From contig CAVZJB010000009.1 of the NCBI GenBank assembly GCA_963775425.1, positions 1 through 64,000 of the forward strand: DNA of 64,000 bases, written 5' to 3'. Below, piece by piece: positions 36,362-48,541 of this stretch. The position numbers and the translations under genes are program-made. This stretch comes from an uncultured delta proteobacterium (GTDB taxonomy: Bacteria > Myxococcota > UBA727 > VGSZ01). Under the pieces are notes generated by a model. That model was not told the origin of the DNA, did not search any database, and was given only the letters and a program-made list of their open reading frames with translations. Position 1 is the first letter of the stretch. Every line of letters begins with the position of its first letter.

Positions 36362-39300
36362 GTGAAAATCCAGGCGCTATTTCTGAAACAACTCGACAGA
36401 CCCATCAACGGCGTCGTTAAGGCCGAGCAGGTCGCCAACGAAGTCGTCTGGAACGAGCTCGACGAGTACCACGTCACGAAGGAGCTCGACGGTCACCTGC
36501 GGAAGTTCCTCGAGGCGTACACCGCCTCGATCAACTCCCCGACCGACAACATGGGCGTCTGGATTTCGGGCTTCTTCGGATCCGGCAAGTCGCACTTCCT
36601 GAAGATCCTCTCGTACTTGCTTGCTCGGCGCTCGGCGACGCATCCGCAGTCAGGCATCGCCAGGGATGCTGTCGAGTTCTTCAACACGAAGATCGGGCCG
36701 AAGGCTGGCGCCAAAGGCGATCCGGCGCTCTTCTCCGATGTGCTCACTGCGACATCCAAGCCGACCGACGTGCTCCTCTTCAACATCGATGCGAAGGCTG
36801 ATGCGAAGTGGGGTCGCGACGCTGTGCTCCAGGTCTTCGTGCGTGTCTTGAACGAGCGCCAGGGTTTCTCCAGCGACCATCCGCACATCGCCTACATGGA
36901 GCGCTACCTGCAGAAGCAAGGGAAGCTCGACGCTTTCCACGCCGAGTTTCAAAAGCGCGCCGGTAGCGCATGGGTCGCAGAGCGCGATGCCTGGCACTTC
37001 CATGAGGACGCGCTGCGTGGGGCGCTCGCCCTTGCGCTTGGGAAGGACGAAGCGGCGACCAAGGCGTGGTTCGACAAGGCTGAGCAGGACTCGGTTGTCA
37101 CGGTGGAGAAGTTGGCGGCGCAGGTGAAGGAGTACCTGGCGACAAAGGGACCGGATCAGCGCGTCGTCTTCTGCGCCGACGAGGTCGGCCAGTTCATCGG
37201 CAACGACACACACCTGATGCTCAACCTGCAGACGGTCGCCGAGCACCTCGGCACCGCGTGCCAGGGGCGCGCCTGGGTCATCGTGACTTCTCAAGAGGAC
37301 ATTGACGCCGTGCTCGGGCAGTTCCGGGCGGTCAAAGAGAACGACTTCTCGAAGATCCAGGGCCGCTTCAAGACGCGCCTGTCGCTTTCAAGCTCCAACA
37401 CCGATGAGGTCATCGGTGCGCGTCTGCTCGAGAAGACAACCGACGCAGTCAAGGAGCTAACGAAGGTCTTCGCGGAGAAGGGCGACATCCTCAAGAACCA
37501 GGTGTCGTTCTCATCGACGAAGAAGAAGTTCCAGAACTACACCGACCCGCAGAGCTTCATCACCGCGTATCCGTTCGCCCCGTACCACTTCGAGCTGGTG
37601 CAGAAGATCTTCGAGTCGATCCGAAAAGCAGGCGCGACCGGCGTGCACCTCGCTCAGGGCGAGCGCTCGATGCTCGACGCCTTCCAATCCGCGGCGCTGG
37701 CCATCAAAGACCGTGAGGTGGGCGCTCTCGTCGCGATCCACCGCTTCTATCCTGCCATCGAGAGCTTCCTCGACACCACGGTCAAGCGGACCATCGACCA
37801 GGCCAAAGAAAACCCGGCGATCAAGGCGTTCCCCGAAGACGTCGAGCTTCTCCGTGCACTGTTTCTCATTCGCTACGTCGACGTGCTCAAGGGAACGGTC
37901 GATAACCTCGTCACGTTGAGTCTCGAGGAAATCGACCAAGACCGGATCGCCCTGAAGAAGAAGATCGAGGCGAGCCTCGAGCGACTTGAGGGCCAGAACC
38001 TCATCTCGCGGAGCGGTGATACGTACAGCTTCCTTACGAGCGAGGAGCAGGATGTCGGCCGCGAGATCAAGAACCAGGAGATTTCCCCAAGCGACGAACA
38101 GAGGAAGCTCGCTGAGCTCATCTACGCGGACGTCCTCAAGGGGCAGGTCAAGCACACGTTCAAGGACAACAAGGTCGACTATAAGCTCACCCGCTACTGC
38201 GACGGCCAGCTCACCGGAAACAAGAAGGACGAAGACCTTGCTGTTTCCGTCGTGACGCCGCTGCACGACACCTACGAAGCGTTCAACCCGGCGCTCTGTG
38301 TCACACAGTCGACCGAGCATGGGGGACAGCTGCTCGTAAAGCTCAGCGACAACCCCCAGTTGCTTCGCGAGTTGAAGCAGTACTTGAAGACCGACAAATA
38401 CGTCCGCTTCAAGACGGACGAGAGCAACCCGGAAACGCTCAAGCGCATTCTTCGCGACCGGGCCGATGAGAACCGCGAGCGTGACGCGCGTCTGCGCGAG
38501 ATGGTGGAGGTGTTGCTATCAACCGCGGACTTCTTCGCCGCCGGCAACTCGCTTAAGCCCAAGAGCACCAACGTCGCCGCACAGTTCGCCGAAGGCTTCG
38601 ACTACCTGGTCCGCAACACGTTCAACAAGATGGTGCTGCTCTCGCACCCAAGCAAGGACGCGAGTGCTGCGCAGGCGGAGACGGCGGCTGTTCTCGCAGC
38701 AAGCGACACGCACCAGCAGGCGCTCGGCCTTGGTCTCGAGGCGCCCAACGGCAAGGCGCTTCAAGACCTGCTGCAGTACGTGAAGCTCAGCTCGAGCAAC
38801 AACCACAAGGTGATCCTTGAGGACCTGGTCTCGCGTTACGAGCGTCGTCCGTATGGCTGGCCCACGTACGATGTCGTGCTGCTGCTGGCGCGGCTGTTCG
38901 TCGCTGGGGAAATCACCCTGCTTCTCGATGGGCAGGCGATGGCCCCGGCAGACGCCAAAGACCCGCTCGCCAAGCGCGCAAACTGGAGCAAGGTCACGGT
39001 GCGCAAGCGCGCGACCACCACCGGCGATGTGCTCAAGAAAGCCCGCGAGCTCGGCAAGAAGCTCTTCGACACCACGGGTCCCGACGGCGAGCAGGAGCTC
39101 TCAACGTTCTTGCACGAGCGCTTTGCCGACTGGCGATCGGACCTGCAGAAGATCGCGCCACTCTTCGCTGGCGGAAAGTACCCGGGCGAAACAGTCGTCG
39201 TTGACGGCCTGCACCGCATTGAAGCGTTGGTTCACCTGGTTGAGCCCACAGAGTTCCTTGGCACTCTCGTAGCAGACGGTGCTTCGTGGCTCGCCTTCAA

Positions 39301-39952
39301 CGACAAGCGCCAAGACCTTGAGCAGTTCTTCAAGACCCAGCGCCCCACCTGGGATGACCTGCGCCTTGCCGTCGACAGCACCTACAAAGCCAACCTGCAC
39401 GCGCTTCTCCACCGCGCTTCGGCGAAGGCGGCCTTCACTTCCATCGGCGAGCTGCTCGCGCTTGCCGAGCCCTACGGGAAGTTGCACACGGCCGCCGCCC
39501 TGCTCGCGACCCTGAAGACGGAGAACGAGGCGCTGCTCGCGGATGTGCGTCCGTCAGCTGTGGCGGCCATCGAGGGCTACGTCGGTCAGCTGAAGGCTGC
39601 CATCGAGCAGGCCGAGAAGACGCGCGGGACAAGCGCCACGGCCGAGCTGCAGAACGGCTGGCTTCATCCGCTGCAAGGTCACCTGAAGACCGCGCAGACC
39701 TCCAAAGAGCTGCCCACCATCGCCGATGCGCAGCAGCGTGCTGAGGAGGCGCGCAACGACGCCCTGGATGACATCGAGCAGTGGGCGAATCCAAAGGTCC
39801 CGAAGCCGCAGCGACCAATCCACACCGTGACGGTGTCTTCGCTCGTCAAGACGCCCTACCTCGAGAATGAGAGGGACGTCGACGCGTTTCTGAGCGCCTT
39901 GAAGGATGAGCTTCTCACCATGGTGGCAACGCACCGCATCCGCATCAAGTGA
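36362..39952 (+). CDS. brxC: BREX P-loop ATPase BrxC
   Basis: RPINGVVK, WISGFFGSGKSHFLK, DEVGQFI, FSKIQGRF, PYGW. Confidence 0.95.
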   Translation: MKIQALFLKQLDRPINGVVKAEQVANEVVWNELDEYHVTKELDGHLRKFLEAYTASINSPTDNMGVWISGFFGSGKSHFLKILSYLLARRSATHPQSGIARDAVEFFNTKIGPKAGAKGDPALFSDVLTATSKPTDVLLFNIDAKADAKWGRDAVLQVFVRVLNERQGFSSDHPHIAYMERYLQKQGKLDAFHAEFQKRAGSAWVAERDAWHFHEDALRGALALALGKDEAATKAWFDKAEQDSVVTVEKLAAQVKEYLATKGPDQRVVFCADEVGQFIGNDTHLMLNLQTVAEHLGTACQGRAWVIVTSQEDIDAVLGQFRAVKENDFSKIQGRFKTRLSLSSSNTDEVIGARLLEKTTDAVKELTKVFAEKGDILKNQVSFSSTKKKFQNYTDPQSFITAYPFAPYHFELVQKIFESIRKAGATGVHLAQGERSMLDAFQSAALAIKDREVGALVAIHRFYPAIESFLDTTVKRTIDQAKENPAIKAFPEDVELLRALFLIRYVDVLKGTVDNLVTLSLEEIDQDRIALKKKIEASLERLEGQNLISRSGDTYSFLTSEEQDVGREIKNQEISPSDEQRKLAELIYADVLKGQVKHTFKDNKVDYKLTRYCDGQLTGNKKDEDLAVSVVTPLHDTYEAFNPALCVTQSTEHGGQLLVKLSDNPQLLRELKQYLKTDKYVRFKTDESNPETLKRILRDRADENRERDARLREMVEVLLSTADFFAAGNSLKPKSTNVAAQFAEGFDYLVRNTFNKMVLLSHPSKDASAAQAETAAVLAASDTHQQALGLGLEAPNGKALQDLLQYVKLSSSNNHKVILEDLVSRYERRPYGWPTYDVVLLLARLFVAGEITLLLDGQAMAPADAKDPLAKRANWSKVTVRKRATTTGDVLKKARELGKKLFDTTGPDGEQELSTFLHERFADWRSDLQKIAPLFAGGKYPGETVVVDGLHRIEALVHLVEPTEFLGTLVADGASWLAFNDKRQDLEQFFKTQRPTWDDLRLAVDSTYKANLHALLHRASAKAAFTSIGELLALAEPYGKLHTAAALLATLKTENEALLADVRPSAVAAIEGYVGQLKAAIEQAEKTRGTSATAELQNGWLHPLQGHLKTAQTSKELPTIADAQQRAEEARNDALDDIEQWANPKVPKPQRPIHTVTVSSLVKTPYLENERDVDAFLSALKDELLTMVATHRIRIK

Positions 39953-40160
39953 ATGCCGCAACTTCAGCGAGTTCTAGGCGGAGCTCATCGACGAAATCTG
40001 GACCCACGGAAGGCTGCATGACCTCAGGCAACACCACCCACGAACCCTGCAATCGAATGGTCGGGTGCACGCTGCGCCGACACCACCCTGGAAACTGTCA
40101 GGTCGCGGCCGCGAATCCGGTCGGGCTACGCTCGGGGGCGGGGGACAGCGTGCGGAGTCC

Positions 40161-43100
40161 CTGAACAAGGCCAAGCTCAAAGCCTTCGCGCCCAAGGCGC
40201 GTCGAGACCTCATCCGGGCCGTCACCGACCGCGCCCAGAAGCTCGGCATCACGAAGGATGGTGCGTCCGACGTCGTCATCCAAGGCGACTCGGCGATCAT
40301 CATGGGTCAGCCGTACCCACGGAAGACGGGCGAGATGCGCGAGGCGCTCCGCCAGCGCATCGGACAGCAAGGCTTCTCGCAGGTCATCGAGGCGGCTGCA
40401 TACACGTGGTTCAATCGCTTCATGGCGCTGCGCTACATGGAAGTGCACGGCTACCTCGACCACGGCTTCCGCGTGCTGTCGGACCCCGAGTCCACAGACA
40501 CCGGCGCGCTGCCGCAGATTTTGGGCGAGGCTGAGAACGTCGAATTGCCTGGGCTCAATCGCGAGCTCGTCGTTGAGCTCAAGCTGGCGGGCAACAAGGA
40601 CGCGGAGCTGTACCGGAGGCTGGTGCTCGCGCAGTGCGAGGCGCTGCACGCGGCGATGCCATTCCTTTTTGAGCCCATCGACGACGACACCGAACTGTTG
40701 CTGCCCGACAACTTGTTGCACTCGGATTCGATCGTTCGTGGACTTGTGAACGACATCGACGAGGAGGATTGGCAGGAGGTCGAGGTCGTTGGCTGGCTCT
40801 ACCAGTTCTACATCGCGGAGAGGAAAGACGAGGTCATCGGCAGCGTGATCAAGAGCGAGGATATTCCCGCCGCGACGCAGCTCTTCACGCCCAACTGGAT
40901 CGTCCAGTATCCTCGTTCAGAACAGCGTGGGTCGGCTTTGGCGGCTGGCGAACCCATCGTCGACTCTGTCGCAACAATGGCCGTACTTCATCGACCTGCG
41001 AAGCAGACGCCCGAGGTGCAGGAGCGACTCGACGCCCTGATTAAGTCGCGCATCGTTCAAGACGGCGAAAGCTTGAACCCAGAATCGATCACCATCCTCG
41101 ATCCAGCGTGCGGCTCGGGCCACATACTCGTCGTCGCCTACGACGTCCTCAAGGCCATCTACCTCGAGCGTGGATATCAGCCCCGCGAAATTCCGCGCCT
41201 GATCCTCGAGAAGGAACCTCTTCGGACTCGACATCGACGACCGCGCCGCGCAACTTTCGTCTTTTGCGCTCTGCATGAAGGGCCGTGCGGATGATCGACA
41301 GCTCTTCAGCAAGCCGCCGATTCTAAATGTCCTGCCGATTGCGGACACCGAAGGGCTACGGCTCGACAACCTGGCAACCGACCTCGTGCCGCTCGGCGTT
41401 CCCTTTGCTCACCTGAGCGCTCTCCTCGAGGTGTTCAAACCCGCAAAGACGCGGGGATCGCTTATTCAGATCCCCGAGGAACTGCGCACCGCGTTGCCGT
41501 CGATCGCCGTCACGCTGGAGGCTGCCGGTGCGGCCATGGCCACCCCCGAGGCCCAACTTCAACGTGCGAAAGTCGCGCTACTTGTTCGGCAAGCAAGCAT
41601 CCTCTCGATGAAGGTAGACAACGTCATCGCGAACCCGCCGTACATGAACAGGAAGTACCTGAACAACGATCTCGATGCCTTTCTGAAGACGCAATATACC
41701 GCCACGCAAATCGACCTGTACGCGGCATTTATCATCCGTTCCACTGTATTTGCAAAGGCGACAGGTTTTGTGTCGATGATTGCAATGGATAGTTGGATGT
41801 TCGGGCAGGACTTCACGTCGACGCGAGCTTCCGTGAACGAGCGCCTCACCCCAATCACGGTGGCACATCTCGGAGCCAGGGCGTTCGAGGAAGTGCCTGG
41901 TGAGGTTGTGCAAACCGCGGCGTTCTCGTCATATCGGGGGCCGGTGGGCGACTTCATTGGCACCTACTACCGTCTAACAAAAGCGAGTTCGTCCGAGGAA
42001 AAGCGGGAGCTGCTACTGGCTCGCTCGAACTGCTATCGATCCCGGCTTACAGACTTTTCTCTCTTTCCGCGATGCGCCATGATCTACTACGCCAGTGAAC
42101 GCACGAAGGAAGCGTTTAGAAATGGCATTACGCTCGGTGATTTTGCCGACGTCGCGACTGGACTTCAGACCGGTAACAATCCTCGCTTTATCAAGTACTG
42201 GTTCGAGGTGAGCCGCGAGATGATCCAGCGGGAGGCGAAGTCTTGTGCGCACGCCGAGCAGATCGGCGGACGTTGGTTTCCCTATGTCAAAGGGAGTGAA
42301 TACCGGAAATGGTATGGCAGCCAGCTCTGCATTCTCGACTGGCGCGATGACGGACGAGAAATACGACATCACCCATCAAGTGCGGTGCGCAATCCAGACT
42401 TCTATTTTCGTCCAGGGATTGCATACAACAACATCTCAAAGGTCTTTTGTGCGCGTGCGGTCGATGCCGGGGCAATCTTCGATCAGAAGAATTCTATGAT
42501 TTTTCCTCGGAACGACGAGGACCGAGCCGGGATCCTTGGCTTCTTGCATAGTTCCGTCGTGTCCCCCCTCCTTGAGGTGGTCGCGCAAAAGGACTTCAAC
42601 CCGGGCGCGCTACGGGAGATCCCTCTCGACGGATCCCTCCTCTCCTCCAAGACGGTGGCCACGGCGGTGAACCGACTCGTTCAACTCGCACGGCAGAACT
42701 GGGATGCGTTCGAGCAGTCGTGGGACTTTTCTGGTCATCCAATAGCTTCGTTTCCGTCGACGCGTCTATCGGAAAGCTGGGCGGCATGGCGCGACGCCAA
42801 TGCCAATGACGCGGCGCACGCGAAGCAGACTGGAGGATGAAGTCGATCGCGCCTGCATCGAAGCCTACGGGCTCCAAGCGGAACTCTCTGCTGACGTCCC
42901 CGAGGAGCAGATTACGCTGGTTCGCGCCGATCGTGAAAGGACTGCCAACGCCTCATCTCCTACGCAGTCGGATGCATGATGGGGCGCTACTGTCTCGATG
43001 AGCTAGGGTTGATCTATGCAAATGCTAGCAACATTGGCTTCCAGCCAACCCGCTACAAGACCTTCCCGGCCGATACCGACGGCATCATTCCCATTACCGA

Positions 43101-43686
43101 TGCACTCTGGTTCGACGACGACGCCGCAAAACGGGTTCGCGAGTTCTTGCATGCCATCTGGGGCGCTGAAAACCTCGACGAAAACATGAAGTGGCTCGCC
43201 GAGAGTCTCGGCACCAAAGCCACTGAGCTTCCCGAGGAGACGATCCGTCGGTATTTGAGTGACAAGTTTTTCAAGGACCATCTGCAGACCTACAAAAAGC
43301 GTCCGATCTACTGGCTGTTTTCGAGCGGAAAGGAGAAGGCGTTCGAGTGCCTCGTCTACCTGCACCGCTACAACGAATCGACACTCTCCCGAATGCGCGC
43401 CGACTACGTCATCCCGCTGCAGGGAAAGCTCGCGTCCCGCGCCAAACTTCTTGAGACCGAGGAGAAGCAGGCGACGTCGACGGCCCAGAAGCGCAAGCTC
43501 CAGAAGGAGCTCGTGGACGTCGAGAAGAAGGTTGTCGAGATCCGAAAGTTCGACGAGCTGCTCAAGCATCATGCCGACCAACGCATCACGCTCGACCTCG
43601 ATGCCGGCGTGAACGTCAACTACGGCAAGTTCGGCGACCTGCTCGCGATGGTCGACAAGGTCTGCGGCGAGAAGGAAGAGGAGTAG
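40161..43686 (+). CDS. pglX: BREX-1 adenine methyltransferase PglX (about 5 frameshifts)
   Basis: AYTWFNR, ATQLFTPNWIV, LDPACGSGH, NPPY, YKKRPIYW, DLDAGVNVNYGKF over several frames. Start is CTG or uncertain. Confidence 0.92.
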
Positions 43687-43690
43687 CGGC

Positions 43691-46409
43691 GTGGACACCC
43701 AGCAGCTCGTCACCGGGCTCCGTCAGAAGTTTGAAACCGAGGGCCATCGCATTGTGTTCTGGCACGACGATGCGAAGGCGTTTGAGCTCGAGCTTGCCGA
43801 GTTGCCGCTCGCAAGCCTCGCCGGTGGCGTCACGCTGCTTCGCCTCAGCGACATCGGTGCGCTCGAGGCCAAGGTCCGACTCGAGCGTGCAGAGCCGCAA
43901 ACGCGCTTCCTCGTCTACTCCGGGTCCCGCCAGCCCGAGCCCGAACACGACTGGCTGCTCGACATCCGCCTCTACAGCGGCACGTTCAGCGCCAATCGCG
44001 CGGCGATGTTGTTGAGCGAGCTTGGCCTCATCACGCTCTCGCTCAAGGAGCATATCGAGAAGCGCATCGCGTTCTTCGGGAGCCCGCAGCGTGTGGTGGA
44101 GCTGAAGAAGCTCGTCGACCAGAGCGACACCGCAGACTCCCTCGACCTAAAGATGATCGCAGTGCTCGCCCGTGCGCAGAAGGCAGACATCGATCCGATT
44201 CTCATCGCGCTGCTCCATGCTGCCGTGTCCTCCGGCGGCAAGAAGGGCGCGCTCATCTCGAGCGAAGGCGCCGCTTCCGCGTCGGAGCTGGCGTTGGGCG
44301 CGGCGCCAGCTGTGGCCGACCCCGTCGTGGAGCTTGAGAAGCACGGCTTGAGTGCTGCCTTTTGGAGCCGAGTCAAGGCGCACACCGGGTTCGACGATCC
44401 ATCGCCGTCGCTGAAGAAGTTGGCGACGCGCATGATGGTGTCTGAGTTCGGGCGCTCGCTGAAGGGCGCGGACCTGCCATCGACGTTGAAGCCGCTGCTC
44501 TTGCCCGACGGCAACCACACCGCCGCCGTTCGCGTCTGCCTGTCGACGTGGCGTGACAGCGGAGCCTTTCATCAGAGCTACGACATCTGGAGCCGGCGCA
44601 TCGAGCGCGAGCAGGAGTTGCCGACCAAGTTGTCTGGGTTCACCCGCCAGCAGCTTGCGACCGCGGGGACCTTCGCCATCAGTGAGAAGCTCACCCTGGC
44701 GGCGCTGATGAACGAGCTCGTCGTGGCCTTCGACCCTGACCAGCCGTTTGACCTGCACGGCTACCAGAAGGCCATCAGCGACCGTCGAACCGGCCATTGG
44801 GTGACGGACAAGCTGCCCGACGCAGAGAAGGTGAAGCGCTCGGCCTTCGCCAATGCCTACCGCGCCCTCGAAGCCGTGGCCGACCTCGTGGGCCTCCGCC
44901 GGGCGCACGCAGACGGGTTCTCGTTCGCGACTGTCGAGGCCATGTGGTCCGCGTACACCACCGACCTCCATCGGTTTGACGGTGGCTACCGACGCTTTCA
45001 AGAGGCCGCCGCCGGCGTGGCGGACACCGGAGCCGATGTTTTGAAGCCGCTAGCGACCAAGGTGGAGGCGCTCTACACGGACTGGTTTCTCCCTGAGCTG
45101 GTGAAGGCTTGGATGCCGTTCGTCGAGGAATCGGCCGGACCTGGTCGCCCGAAGTTGCTCGGGACCTGGCAAATCAAAGACGTCCCAGTGCAGATCGATT
45201 TCTATGCGCGCAACGTCGCCCCGATCCTGCAGGACAAGACCGGACCCAAGCGCGTCTTTGTCATCATCAGCGACGCGCTTCGCTACGAAGTCGCGCAGGA
45301 AATCACGAAAGAGCTGAACGGCACGTACCGGTTCAAAGCTGCGCTGAGCTCTCAGCTCGGGGTTCTCCCCAGCTACACCGACCTCGGCATGGCCGCGCTG
45401 CTCCCTCACCAGAAGCTCGCGTTTGACGAGGGCGGCGACGTGCGGGTCGACGGCAAGCGCCGACAGTCGCTCGAGTTGCAGTCCACCATTCTCGAGACCG
45501 TTCACGGCGCGGCTTTCAACGCCGATGACCTGCTCAAGAAGTCGAAGGAAGATGCGCGCAAGGCCGTGAACGGGTTCCCAGTCGTCTACATCTACGACGG
45601 TGGCATCGACGCGGTCGGTGACAAAGCTGCGACCGAACACCTGACCTGCCTCACGGCACGCGACACCATCAACAAGATCGTGCGGCTGGTGGCCGACATC
45701 GTGAACAAGATGAACGGTAGCTACATCATCGTCACCGCCGACCACGGCTTTCTATTTCAGGCCGACAAACAAACCGACCTCGACAAGAGCGCGCTCGACG
45801 AGAAGTCGGCCGGCGCGTTCGATCGCGAAGAAGCGCTACGTCATCGGCAGCGACCTCAAGCCTTCAAGCGGGGCCCTCCATGGGAACACCCAGGCGACGG
45901 CGGGAATCGAGGGGGGACCCGAGTTTCTGGTCCCGTACGGCACGCAGCTCTTTCATCTCGCGGGCGGCGCACGCTTCGTCCACGGCGGCTCGATGCTCCA
46001 AGAGATCGTCGTTCCGGTCATCACCGTCAAAGAGCTCGAAGGCAAGAAGGCCAGCGAGGCCAGACCAGAGCCCGTCAAGATCCAGGTGCTCAAGGGACCC
46101 CACAGCTTCGTCATGAACACGCGGAAGTTCGAGCTTCTCCAGATGGAAGCGGTCGCGGGCAAGGTCGTCGCCGCGCGCATCAGCGTCGGCGTGTTCGATG
46201 ACCAGCAGCTCATCTCGGACTCCAAGGAGGTGCTCTTCGACAGCACCTCGCAGAGCCAGGAGGAGCGCACCAAAACGGTCGAGCTCACGGTCAAGGGCGA
46301 CACGTTCGCGAAGAAGGAATACCGCCTCGTCCTGAAGAACCTCGACACACTCCAGGTGCAGGACTACCCCGTCACCATCAACATCACGTTCTCGAAGATC
46401 GACTTCTGA
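43691..46409 (+). CDS. pglZ: BREX-1 phosphatase PglZ (frameshift near 45820)
   Basis: RIVFWHD, IISDALRYEVA, LPSYT.LGMAALLPH, TADHGF, FVHGGSMLQEIVVP. Confidence 0.92.
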
Positions 46410-46421
46410 GGTGGAGCGCAC

Positions 46422-48477
46422 ATGACAACCGGCAGCGTTCCCACCACCGCAGACACCGAGCTCGATGCGCTTCTGAAGGAGCACTTCGCAGGCAAGATCG
46501 TGCGCAAGGCTCTGACCAAGCTCGTGAAGGAGGGCGCAAACGTTCCGATCTACGTGCTCGAGTACCTCCTCGGCATGAACTGCTCGTCGAACGACGAGGC
46601 AGTCAACGACCTCGGGCTGAGCGTCGTCAAGGGCATCCTCTCAGACAACTACGTCCGGCCCGACGAGGCTGAGAAGATCAAGTCCAAGATCCGCGAGAAG
46701 GGCTCCTACAAGGTCATCGATCGCGTCACCGTCCGCCTCAACGAGAAACGCGACACCTACGAGGCCACGCTCTCGAACCTCGGCATCAAAGGCGTCGAGG
46801 TCCCGGCGAGCACGGTCAAGGAGTTCGAGAAGCTCCTCGCGGGCGGAATCTGGAGCGTCATCTCGCTCCAATACTTCTACGAGGAGGGCCAGAAGGGGTC
46901 ACCGTTCAGCATCTCTTCGCTCCGGCCCATCCAGACTGCCGAACATGGACATGGAGGGTCTGTTTGCCGGCCGTGGTCACTTCACGACGGCGCAGTGGAT
47001 CGACGCCTTGGTGCGGTCCTCAGGCATGGAGCCCTCCGTGCTCGATGAAAACGTCAAGTGGCACTTGCTCGCCCGCATGGTCCCGTTCGTCGAGAACAAC
47101 TACAACATGGTGGAGCTCGGCCCGCGCGGTACCGGCAAGAGCCACATCTACAAAGAGATCTCGCCGAACAGCATTCTCGTCTCGGGTGGCCAGACCACCG
47201 TCGCAAACCTGTTCTACAACATGGGCACGAGCACCATTGGCCTCGTCGGGCTCTGGGATGTCGTGGCATTCGACGAGGTCGCCGGGATCCACTTCAAGGA
47301 GAACGACGGCGTCCAGATCATGAAGGACTTCATGGCCTCAGGCTCGTTCAGCCGTGGTCGTGCACCCGTCGCCGCGTCGGCGTCGATGGTCTTCGTCGGC
47401 AACATCGACGGCAGCATCGAAACGCTCGTGAAGACGAGCCATCTGCTCGCCCCCTTCCCCGAGGAGATGATCGACTCAGCCTTCTTCGATCGCATGCACG
47501 CCTACCTGCCTGGCTGGGAAATTCCGAAGATGCGGCCGGAGTTCTTCACGAACCAATACGGTTTCATCGTCGACTACCTCGCCGAATTTATGCGCGAGAT
47601 GCGCAAGCGCAGTTTCGCTGACGCGATCGACAAGTACTTCCGCCTCGGCCGCGACTTGAACCAGCGGGACACGATTGCGGTTCGTCGCACTGTGTCGGGC
47701 CTGCTCAAGCTGGTGCATCCCAACGAGAAATACGACAAGGAAGACGTCCGCAAGGCTCTGGAGTACGCGCTGCAAGTCCGGCGTCGCGTCAAAGAGCAGC
47801 TCAAGAAGATCGGCGGGATGGAGTTCTACGACGTCCACTTCAGTTACCTCGACATCGAGAGCGGCGAGGAGCGATTCATCTCGGTGAACGAGCAGGGTGG
47901 CGGTTCCCTCATCCCTGAGAGCCCCGCGAAGCCGGGCGTGCTCTACACGGTCGCACGGGGTTCCGGCGGAATGCTCGGGCTCTACCGACTCGAGCTACAG
48001 GTCACAGCGGGGTCGGGAAAGCTGACGTTGTCCGGCTTCGGCTCGAACACGGCGTCGAAGGAATCAGTCAAGGTCGGCTTCGACTTTTTCAAGGCCAACG
48101 CGAGCCGTGTGAGCGCTTCGATGAAGCCCGGGGATCACGATTTTCACCTCCACATCGTCGAACTGCACAACACCGGTCCAACGACCTCGTTGACGTTGCC
48201 CGCGGTGCTCGCGTTTTCGAGCGCGATGCTTATGAAGCCGATCCTCGGCCAGATGGTTGTGCTCGGCGACATGAGCCTCGGTGGAAGCGTCAAGAAGGCC
48301 GAAGACCTTGCGAGCTCGCTCCAGGTCGCCTTCGATGCTGGCGCGAAGCGGGTCTTGATGCCGATGGCAAGCGTCGGGGACATCCCGACCGTGCCCGGTG
48401 AGCTATTCGCGAAGTTCCAGACGAGCTTCTATGCGGACGCCGTCGATGCGGCGTTCAAGGCTCTTGGCGTCGCGTGA
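46422..48477 (+). CDS. brxL: BREX Lon-like protein BrxL (frameshift near 46935)
   Basis: GANVPIYVLEYLLG, ELGPRGTGKSH, FDEVAG, PGWEIPK, Lon-like C-terminus. Confidence 0.94.
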
Positions 48478-48541
48478 CCTGGCACTCAGCGTTGTCACGC
48501 GCAGTTCGGGCTCATCGCGGCCACTACCTGGGGAGCGCACA

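Noticed and set aside
39953-40160. Small gene or invertible/phase-variable segment between brxC and pglX
   Set aside because: No convincing ORF, inverted repeats or recombinase seen.
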